Assembly (NCBI GenBank): GCA_045614835.1
Contig: JAZLDP010000087.1
Location: 1 to 50,546, forward strand
Direction: 5' to 3'
Length of the DNA stretch: 50,546 nucleotides
Source: Clostridia bacterium
GTDB taxonomy: Bacteria; Bacillota; Clostridia; Christensenellales; UBA1242
Part shown: in pieces, positions 7,906 through 14,378 of the stretch
How positions within the stretch are numbered: position 1 is the stretch's first letter
Layout: the number at the start of each line of letters is the position of its first letter
The notes under the pieces: generated by a model
What the model was told of the DNA's origin: nothing
Databases searched by the model: none
What the model saw: the letters and a program-made list of their open reading frames with translations, nothing else
Position numbers and translations under genes: made by a program

Positions 7906-8602
7906 GATTGACTTATACCACGAAGATTGCCTAAAGGTTTTAAAAAATATACCAAACGAAAGGGTAGACTTAATTGTTACCGACCCACCATACAAACTTA
8001 CTTCTCGTGGGTGCAGTGGGACAATGGGTGGATACTGGAAAGAAGAAAGAGCCAAAAGGGGTTTAGTGTTCGACTTTAATAATATAAATTGTGCTGACTA
8101 CATACCAGAGTTTTATAGGATATTGAAAGACAAATCAATTTGTTACATAATGTGCAATAACAAGAACTTGCAAGAAATGATAAATGTTGGCACAGCAAGT
8201 GGATTTAAGTTCGTAAAAGCATTGATTTGGGATAAAGGCAATAAGATTTGTGGTAGATACTATATGGGTTGTTACGAATACATTTTGCTCTTTAGAAAAG
8301 GTGGCGACAAACCTATCAATAATTGTGGCACACCAGACATTCTCTCTATTCCAATAAAGAAGATAAAAGATGCAAATGGCAAAAACTTGCACGATACCGA
8401 AAAGCCAGTAGAATTGATGAGAGTTCTAGTGGGAAACTCTTCAAACGAAAACGACATAGTCCTTGATGCTTTTATGGGAATTGGTAGCACAGGTGTCGCT
8501 TGTATGCAATCCAACAGACACTTTATCGGCATTGAGTTGGATAAGAACTACTTTGACATAGCAGAAAAAAGAATACTGGAGGCAAGAGATGGCAATAACT
8601 AA
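7898..8602 (+). CDS. DNA methyltransferase, N6-adenine/N4-cytosine (beta class)
   Basis: DLIVTDPPY (motif IV) precedes TEKP...VLDAFMGIGSTG (motif I). It overlaps the glycosylase-like gene by 8 nt. Confidence 0.9.
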   Translation: MSKIDLYHEDCLKVLKNIPNERVDLIVTDPPYKLTSRGCSGTMGGYWKEERAKRGLVFDFNNINCADYIPEFYRILKDKSICYIMCNNKNLQEMINVGTASGFKFVKALIWDKGNKICGRYYMGCYEYILLFRKGGDKPINNCGTPDILSIPIKKIKDANGKNLHDTEKPVELMRVLVGNSSNENDIVLDAFMGIGSTGVACMQSNRHFIGIELDKNYFDIAEKRILEARDGNN

Positions 8603-9125
8603 GGAAAGGTTGGAAGAACTTATACAACAAAATGCTAGTATTTATTACATAGAAAAAACTTGGATAAATCCAAATATTAAGTATGTAAATTCCATATTAT
8701 TAAATAATAAAAACCATAGAGTAGGATACTTTTCTTATGATTTCTCACTGCCAGAGCAAGAAAATATGTGCCTAAGAGAATGTTTTGCTGAAAACGCAAC
8801 AGACATTGCAATTCTAAAAGATATTTACGAAGATTTAGAAACTGCAACATTTTGTGCTAAATTTAAGGGTGTACCAAGAATAGAGTATCTGGACATACCC
8901 TCTTGGGAAGAAGTTGAAGATATGAACAAATTTATTGTTTGCGAGATTGATGATTGGTATAGACTTATGGTACACTTCCCTCAAGAAATAGACGAAACTG
9001 GTTTCATAGGAATAGATGCTGGAGGCAACTGCGAAATATATCATTGGGACGGAGCGACTAAAGAAAACTATCTTGAGGCTTGTGAACAATTCGTTAAGAT
9101 ATTTAAAGGAGAAAGAGATGATTAG
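8589..9125 (+). CDS. Hypothetical protein (N-terminus paralogous to 40710..40991)
   Basis: KERLEELIQQNASIYYI resembles KERIEKLAEENATLYYI. Confidence 0.6.
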   Translation: MAITKERLEELIQQNASIYYIEKTWINPNIKYVNSILLNNKNHRVGYFSYDFSLPEQENMCLRECFAENATDIAILKDIYEDLETATFCAKFKGVPRIEYLDIPSWEEVEDMNKFIVCEIDDWYRLMVHFPQEIDETGFIGIDAGGNCEIYHWDGATKENYLEACEQFVKIFKGERDD

Positions 9126-9642
9126 TCCAGAGCAAAGACAAAAAGCCATTAAGTTGTATCGCAACAAGAACTTGACTTGGCGAGAGATAGCGAACTTGTG
9201 CGACATTAGTGTGCCGAGCCTTCAGAAAATGGTGCGAGATGCAGTGGAAATCGGAGTGCTGAAACCAAGAGATGAGTTCCGTAAAAATCAGTCGAAAGCA
9301 CCTAAGTTCGCCGAGAGTGAGTTGAAAGCAATCGCAGTCGACTACTATGAGAACGGGCTAACGAAACCACAACTAATCGAAAAGTGGGGCATTCACCCAA
9401 TGCAGTTGCAACGAGTTCGCAAGAAGTTTGGCGACAAGTACGAGCAAAAAAATAGGGGTTCAAAAGAACCTAAAACCATAATGCAATTCGACAAGCAAGG
9501 CAACCTAATCGCAGAGTACCCATCATTATACAATGCAAGTGTCGAGAACGACCTACCTAGTGGCAACATCTATAATTGTTGCATCGGCAATAGGTACAAG
9601 TCGGTTGGGGGATTTGTGTGGAAATTTAAAGACAATGATTAA
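9118..9642 (+). CDS. HTH protein with a C-terminal NUMOD1-like DNA-binding motif
   Basis: ATG 9118 lies behind AAAGGAGAAAGAG. The N-terminal HTH is LTWREIANLCDISVPSLQKMV. The C-terminus IMQFDKQGNLIAEYPSLYNASV...GGFVWKF is typical of homing-endonuclease-associated NUMOD modules. Confidence 0.5.
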   Translation: MISPEQRQKAIKLYRNKNLTWREIANLCDISVPSLQKMVRDAVEIGVLKPRDEFRKNQSKAPKFAESELKAIAVDYYENGLTKPQLIEKWGIHPMQLQRVRKKFGDKYEQKNRGSKEPKTIMQFDKQGNLIAEYPSLYNASVENDLPSGNIYNCCIGNRYKSVGGFVWKFKDND

Positions 9643-9662
9643 TTCATTGCCTTTTTTCTTGC

Positions 9663-9728
9663 CAATAAAAAAGAGAGCGGTACAAGACCACTCCCAAAAC
9701 TCAAATCGCCTTGTAATTCACTCTCTTT
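9663..9728 (-). terminator. Nested long hairpin at the convergent junction (end of the late operon; possibly bidirectional)
   Basis: AAAGAGAG (9670-77) pairs with CTCTCTTT (9721-28), and inner TACAAG pairs with CTTGTA. On the minus strand the hairpin is followed by a T run (A run 9665-9672 on plus). Confidence 0.5.
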
Positions 9729-9829
9729 CAATTCCAAAATGTTAGTTTTCATATACTAACTGAGCCACAAGCACAGATTATTTCGTTTTAAATTGTAAAT
9801 TAAGTTCATAATAATTCCTCCGTTTACAA

Positions 9830-9849
9830 TAGTTATATTATTATAACTA
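9830..9849. repeat. Palindrome TAGTTATA-ttat-TATAACTA (copy 3 of a recurring intergenic palindrome)
   Basis: Perfect 8-bp arms. Related copies lie at 36728..36747 and 39977..39996. Confidence 0.85.
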
Positions 9850-9866
9850 AATCGGATTGTCAAGCA

Positions 9867-10235
9867 TTAATTTACTTGCCACGCCAAATCGCATTCGTAA
9901 TCCAAGCAATCGAATATATCGTAGCAATTCCCGTCAATCACAACGGTTGCGTGGTTTGGAACTCGCAAAATGAAAGTTCCGTAAGGGTGCAAGTCAGCGA
10001 ACTCGCCCACATTTAGTCCACGACACTCAACTCGTGGAAACTCAAAGACCTTGTCCAAAAGATTTGAGTAGCAATCTCTCGTGAGTTTGTCACAAGTAAA
10101 AAGCCTTGAAGTGTGGTGCAGTTTCTTCCTAATTTGTGGATAACTCAAGCCAGTGGCAGTCGAGATAGCCCTCGTTACACAATCGGAGATGTGTTCGCCA
10201 TCTTCATTTCGGTTGTAGTATATCCACTTTGCCAT
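9867..10235 (-). CDS. Putative papain/C39-like cysteine peptidase (Cys-His-Asp); endolysin candidate by position only
   Basis: ISDCVTRAIS (N-terminal Cys) and NHATVVIDGNCYDIFD (His, then Asp) fit a papain-fold triad layout. It is the last gene of the late strand. Confidence 0.4.
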   Translation of the reverse strand: MAKWIYYNRNEDGEHISDCVTRAISTATGLSYPQIRKKLHHTSRLFTCDKLTRDCYSNLLDKVFEFPRVECRGLNVGEFADLHPYGTFILRVPNHATVVIDGNCYDIFDCLDYECDLAWQVN

Positions 10236-11032
10236 TAATCGTCATCACCCATTACTATTTCGTCATGATAAACGGCAAGTCTTTCTGAACCTTTAATTTC
10301 GCTATCTGGGTCGCTTAGCCAATCTTTAGCAAGGTCAACATAGACATCCATATTGCTACCAACATATTTTTTCAATGTCTTGCAGTAATCGGTGTAAAGC
10401 ATCAAACTTACGACTGCAAGTTCTTCTGGTTTGTAGTCTTTCATTTGAACACCCATTTGTCTTGCTTTCTGCTCAATGGCAGGAGTTTCAAAGAAATGTT
10501 TGTCTTTCTCTTCCACCTCTTTCATAAGTTTGTGTTTCCACTTTTCCAACTCTTCTTTGGTTAGAGTTTCACCGTAGTCGCCATAGTCCTCGTTATAGTA
10601 GCCATAATCTCTACGACCACCACGACCTCTCATATCGTAGCGACCATAGTCCTCTTCTGGAATTCCCCAGTAGCCATTAAATCTACCCATCGCTTCGATT
10701 GGGAAGTATGTTTTGCCTTCAGCACCATAGTGTCCGTCCATCATTTCGTGTTCGTATCCTCTATCTGCCATGTACTGACCTCTCGCATTTCTTCTGCGTC
10801 CCCTCATATCAGCGTAGTCATAGCCCATATCAGATTGTCTGCTTGATTCATAACCTCTGCCACTTCTCTCATCGGCATACTGCGAATTTGGGTAATTACC
10901 ATCCATTGGATAATGTTCCCCACCACGAACTCCATAATGTCCATAGCCCATACCTCTATCTCTTCTTGAGTATCTTCTCATTCTGCGACCATCTCTAGCC
11001 ATCATCATATCCATCATTCTATTTCTAGGCAT
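10235..11032 (-). CDS. Protein with a ~155-aa Arg/Gly/Tyr/Asp/Met-rich low-complexity N-terminus and a folded C-terminal domain
   Basis: Repeated RG[YR], DMRGR and MGY[GD] motifs, followed by LTKEELEKWKHKLMKEV...YTDYCKTLKKYV...ERLAVYHDEIV. Confidence 0.7.
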   Translation of the reverse strand: MPRNRMMDMMMARDGRRMRRYSRRDRGMGYGHYGVRGGEHYPMDGNYPNSQYADERSGRGYESSRQSDMGYDYADMRGRRRNARGQYMADRGYEHEMMDGHYGAEGKTYFPIEAMGRFNGYWGIPEEDYGRYDMRGRGGRRDYGYYNEDYGDYGETLTKEELEKWKHKLMKEVEEKDKHFFETPAIEQKARQMGVQMKDYKPEELAVVSLMLYTDYCKTLKKYVGSNMDVYVDLAKDWLSDPDSEIKGSERLAVYHDEIVMGDDD

Positions 11033-11036
11033 AATA

Positions 11037-11495
11037 CTATACCTCCTTTGTTACATTCAACACAACACTTGTGAAAGTAGCATCAATATCTTCGCTGACA
11101 TTAACAAGAGAAATGGTTTTAGCATCAGTTGTTGGGTAGCCAAGAACACAGTCTTTATCAACTTTAATGTAGTAGTCGATAACGAAAGTTCTGAACTCAG
11201 TAGTTGCAGTTGTGATTGTTTCGCTTGAAATTGCACCAGTAATCAACTCTCCGTTTTCGGCAAGTTGAACACTAACTAAACCAGCAGTTGCACCAGTACC
11301 AATAAGAGTTGCTGTAATGTGGTAAATACCTGAGTGATTTAATGTGATGCCATTAGAAGTCACACTAAAACAAGGTACTCCACATCTATTGGCTTTACAA
11401 AATCTTCTGTAAACATTGCCAATGTTGATTTGTCCGTCAGCAAGTACAGTTTGTGTACCAACATTTTTAGTTCCTAATAATAAAGTTTTTTCCAT
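11037..11495 (-). CDS. Beta-sandwich protein, tentatively BclA-C-terminal/C1q-TNF-like
   Basis: SGIYHITATLIGTGATAGLVSVQLAENGELITGA fits the C1q/BclA_C strand pattern recalled from memory. AAAAGGAGAAAG RBS. Confidence 0.35.
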   Translation of the reverse strand: MEKTLLLGTKNVGTQTVLADGQINIGNVYRRFCKANRCGVPCFSVTSNGITLNHSGIYHITATLIGTGATAGLVSVQLAENGELITGAISSETITTATTEFRTFVIDYYIKVDKDCVLGYPTTDAKTISLVNVSEDIDATFTSVVLNVTKEV

Positions 11496-11507
11496 AACTT
11501 TCTCCTT

Positions 11508-11545
11508 TTAAATAAAATTAAGGCACAAGTATTATCCTGTGCCTT
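11508..11545 (-). terminator. Hairpin terminator between the 232-aa membrane protein gene and the BclA-like gene
   Basis: AAGGCACA (11520-27) pairs with TGTGCCTT (11538-45). On the minus strand it is followed by AATTTTATTT. Confidence 0.45.
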
Positions 11546-11593
11546 TTAAGTATTCAGGATAATTAATCCTATAATTTGCCGATACTATCGGTC

Positions 11594-12292
11594 TTATAGT
11601 ACACTTGCTCCACAGCAACCATTGTAACCATTACCAAAGCCATAAGCAGATTGATAAGGGTTGCAAGTGATATATGCTGGGATAGGGCAAGGTTTAATTT
11701 CGTTGATTAAAGTAGCAGTTTGTCTATCATTGCTGATTTGAGCCTTTAGACTAGAATTTTCTGCTTGTAGGCTAGAAATCTTCTCAGTTGTTAAGTAATC
11801 TAAAATTGCTCTAGTATTATCTTGACCAGCCCTTACGACATCACAGAATCCTCTGCTCATGTCATATCTCAACGAATCAATATTTCTCTGAGTGGTGCAA
11901 CAACAGTCGGCAAGTTCTCTTGATAGACCGTTTACTAAAGTTGCTTGATTATAACCCAAAGTACAAACCGCATTGTTTACACCTGCAAATCCTGTGTTTA
12001 TAGTGTTATTTAATCCTGCAAATCCTTGATTAATAAAGTTTTGCATTGATGCTTGACCTAAAAGAATATCGTTTAAGTCAGACATAATTTCGCTGTTAGC
12101 AAAACCAGCACTTAAATCAGCAGTAGTGGCACAATTTCCTCTGTTTCCATTGTTGCCGAAACCAAAACCACCATTACCAAAGATACCACCAACAACTGCA
12201 AGACCGATAATCCAAGACCAATCGTTCCAACCGCCATTGTTTCCATAGTTACCAGTTGTTACTACTGGCACTTCTCCTTCAAAATAAGCCAT
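11594..12292 (-). CDS. Single-pass membrane protein with Gly/Asn-rich and Cys-rich regions
   Basis: Start moved to ATG 12292 behind GGAGGAAAATAAG. TM segment WSWIIGLAVVGGIF. Also GNGGFGFGNNGN, DCCCTTQ, a coiled coil, and a C-terminal GFGNGYNGCCG. Confidence 0.65.
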   Translation of the reverse strand: MAYFEGEVPVVTTGNYGNNGGWNDWSWIIGLAVVGGIFGNGGFGFGNNGNRGNCATTADLSAGFANSEIMSDLNDILLGQASMQNFINQGFAGLNNTINTGFAGVNNAVCTLGYNQATLVNGLSRELADCCCTTQRNIDSLRYDMSRGFCDVVRAGQDNTRAILDYLTTEKISSLQAENSSLKAQISNDRQTATLINEIKPCPIPAYITCNPYQSAYGFGNGYNGCCGASVL

Positions 12293-12365
12293 CTTATTTT
12301 CCTCCATGTTTTTTATTTATATCAACACCAACATTACTCGAGTTTAGCCAGTGGAGATACCGAAT

Positions 12366-12611
12366 TTAATTTCTACCACCTAATATTCGTGATAGACCTT
12401 GTATGTTCTCTTCACTCACGCCATTCTGTCTTGCAAGTTGTATTAAAAACTCTTGAGGACTTCTGCCTTGAGCCATATTTTGTAATTGTGTTTGCATTTG
12501 ATTTATTTGAGGAGTTCTTTGCATCATTTGTTGCATTATTTGTTGTGGGTTTCCACCACTATTGTATAATGCTATTATATTTTGAATTGTAGAGTTAATA
12601 TCTTGTGGCAT
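12366..12611 (-). CDS. Gln-rich 81-aa protein
   Basis: NPQQIMQQMMQRTPQINQMQTQLQNMAQ. Track ORF. Confidence 0.55.
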   Translation of the reverse strand: MPQDINSTIQNIIALYNSGGNPQQIMQQMMQRTPQINQMQTQLQNMAQGRSPQEFLIQLARQNGVSEENIQGLSRILGGRN

Positions 12612-12613
12612 AA

Positions 12614-12841
12614 TTACCTCCTAGTCTTTAAAGCCAGTAGAATAGTATTTAATTTATTCTCTACGGCAGTCAATCTATCGTTAAAGGCATCAACCTTTTT
12701 CTCGATTTCAGACACTCGTTTTAGAAACGGAGTTGGTTTATCATCTTTAATTTTATCTTCGTTATCGGCAATTTCGACTTCTAAAGGTATCATTTTGTCG
12801 ATATCGGCAACCTGTTCTTCACTTTTGTTGTTTTCCATCAC
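12614..12841 (-). CDS. Acidic coiled-coil 75-aa protein
   Basis: Track ORF with the heptad-like C-terminus VSEIEKKVDAFNDRLTAVENKLNTILLAL. Confidence 0.55.
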   Translation of the reverse strand: MMENNKSEEQVADIDKMIPLEVEIADNEDKIKDDKPTPFLKRVSEIEKKVDAFNDRLTAVENKLNTILLALKTRR

Positions 12842-13346
12842 CCTTACCTCCGATAAGTTCAGTTAGTCGATTTAATTTCTTGATTTCATCTTCCATCGAG
12901 TTCATTTTTTTGGCGAAATTTTCCATTTCTTGCTTGGTTGGAAGTTCTTTTATATCCTCAGACTTCACAAAGTCTTTTAAATCTTCCATTTTAACGAAGT
13001 CTTTGGGGTCTAGAACGGGCGAAACGGGTAAAGTAGGGTTCTCATTCATTCTAGAGCATTTAAAGGTTTCTAGGGCTGGATTTCCCATTGCATCTGCACT
13101 CTTAACATATATCTCCGAAAAGTCGCTCTTAATAAACATAATTGCCTTTGATGGCGGAACTATGTGTCCTTTGGCTTCGTCAAGTGTTCCAAATCGCACA
13201 ACCGAAAAAGGAAAGTCTTGTGGTTGTACTGTTTTTTGCACTTGCTGTTGTACTTGCGGTTGGTAGCCATAGCCATTGTAACCATAAGAAGCATACGGCT
13301 GTGTATTATATTGCATATTGCCCATATAGGAGTTCGTGTTATACAT
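12819..13346 (-). CDS. Protein with a Gln/Asn/Tyr-rich (prion-like composition) N-terminus
   Basis: Start moved to ATG 13346 behind AAAGGAGATAAGAAAG. N-terminus MYNTNSYMGNMQYNTQPYASYGYNGYGYQPQVQQQVQ. Confidence 0.6.
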   Translation of the reverse strand: MYNTNSYMGNMQYNTQPYASYGYNGYGYQPQVQQQVQKTVQPQDFPFSVVRFGTLDEAKGHIVPPSKAIMFIKSDFSEIYVKSADAMGNPALETFKCSRMNENPTLPVSPVLDPKDFVKMEDLKDFVKSEDIKELPTKQEMENFAKKMNSMEDEIKKLNRLTELIGGKGDGKQQK

Positions 13347-13461
13347 CTTTCTTATCTCCTTTCTTGGCATTAATTCTTTGTCGATTTTGTATAATAATTA
13401 TTTGTGAAAGTTTCTTGTCAATTTTCTCTAACATTGATAAGATTTCCTTATCCTTAAACAT
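13339..13461 (-). CDS. Possible 40-aa leader ORF
   Basis: MFKDKEILSMLEKIDKKLSQIIIIQNRQRINAKKGDKKDV behind AAGGGAGAATTGATT. The upstream part of track ORF 13339..13596 covers a terminator. Confidence 0.3.
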   Translation of the reverse strand: MFKDKEILSMLEKIDKKLSQIIIIQNRQRINAKKGDKKDV

Positions 13462-13559
13462 AATCAATTCTCCCTTAAATAGATTAGTCAAAAGTCGAAA
13501 GGGAAGGTATGCAGGGAAATAAACTTCCCTTTCTTCCTTAGACACCCCATTTATAGCAC

Positions 13560-13594
13560 AAAAAAAGACACACCTAATAATTTTTAAGTGTGTC
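13560..13594 (-). terminator. Intrinsic terminator (minus strand)
   Basis: GACACAC (13588-94, reverse complement) pairs with GTGTGTC (13567-73, reverse complement). It is followed by seven T on the minus strand (A run 13560-66). Confidence 0.65.
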
Positions 13595-13606
13595 AAAAGT
13601 GTGTAT

Positions 13607-14275
13607 TTAATTCTTATGTTGCTTCCAAGATTTTATATCTAGTTTCTTCTTACAAATTGGAGACCAATCTTTCAATGTGTCGACCGAGTAACCTAGAGCG
13701 TTCCCAATTTCTTCATATTTCATTTGGTGTATAAGTATCATCACCACAAATTCAAGCATATCTCCACGAATGCCTTTAGCATAACAGTAGTCAACGAGTT
13801 CGTTTTCGGTCATCTCCCAAATGGTTTTGCTTTGCAATTTATTGACCAACTTCTTACATTCAAACCTATCTTGTATCAACCACAGCAATAGACAATCAAT
13901 GTATGCAAATAATACCGATGCAAACAAATACATTTGTATTGGTGGACAAATCATAATTGAAATGGCAAATATTAAGTTCGTTAAAACCATACATATAATA
14001 ATGCTCTTACTATGATATGTTGTCGGAAACTTGTATCTCAAGGAAAAGAAGGCTACAAGAAATAAAATCGCCTCAATCCATTTGCCAAAAATAAAAGAGA
14101 TTACAAAGACACTGCCCATAACCAATAAGTGATATGGAGTTAGCCTTGTAAAATCTCTTATATTGTATAATAATTGAGCCTTAAACTCCAGCCAATTAAT
14201 TTTCTTCTTTGTGCTTTCTCTTTGCTTGTTCAAGTTTTTCTTTGCATAGTTTTGTGTATTCTTGTCTAAATTCAT
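13607..14275 (-). CDS. Four-TM membrane protein fused to a C-terminal sigma-70 region-4/LuxR-like HTH
   Basis: Four hydrophobic helices span aa ~45-135. They are followed by MTENELVDYCYAKGIRGDMLEFVVMILIHQMKYEEIGNALGYSVDTLKDW. The TM2-3 loop carries LRYKFPTTYHSKSIIIC, with His and Cys 7 residues apart. Confidence 0.65.
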   Translation of the reverse strand: MNLDKNTQNYAKKNLNKQRESTKKKINWLEFKAQLLYNIRDFTRLTPYHLLVMGSVFVISFIFGKWIEAILFLVAFFSLRYKFPTTYHSKSIIICMVLTNLIFAISIMICPPIQMYLFASVLFAYIDCLLLWLIQDRFECKKLVNKLQSKTIWEMTENELVDYCYAKGIRGDMLEFVVMILIHQMKYEEIGNALGYSVDTLKDWSPICKKKLDIKSWKQHKN

Positions 14276-14378
14276 AATTCTTTTTAGCCTTTAATTCTTT
14301 TTTCTCTGCATAAAAAACTTCTTTCTCATATTTCTTAACTTCTTTTTCGTTAAGATATGGGGGTGCTAAATCAGCCAT
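14196..14378 (-). CDS. Lys/Glu-rich 60-aa protein (80-nt out-of-frame overlap with 13607..14275)
   Basis: Strong RBS AAAGGAGAATAAGA before ATG 14378. The sequence is A-rich, so both frames are open. Confidence 0.4.
   Translation of the reverse strand: MADLAPPYLNEKEVKKYEKEVFYAEKKELKAKKNYEFRQEYTKLCKEKLEQAKRKHKEEN

Noticed and set aside
9533-9745. 70-aa plus-strand ORF overlapping the end of the NUMOD gene and the terminator hairpin
   Set aside because: It is an alternative frame of 9118..9642 that runs into the convergent terminator, and it has no RBS.
12880-13522. Plus-strand track ORFs inside the late block (12389..12866, 12880..13266, 13142..13522, 16009..16500, 17956..18270, 28273..29210, 29729..30034, 32715..33687, 35073..35755 and others)
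   Set aside because: They are antisense shadows of minus-strand structural or terminase genes. Their Ser/Leu/Phe-rich products lack starts with ribosome-binding sites.
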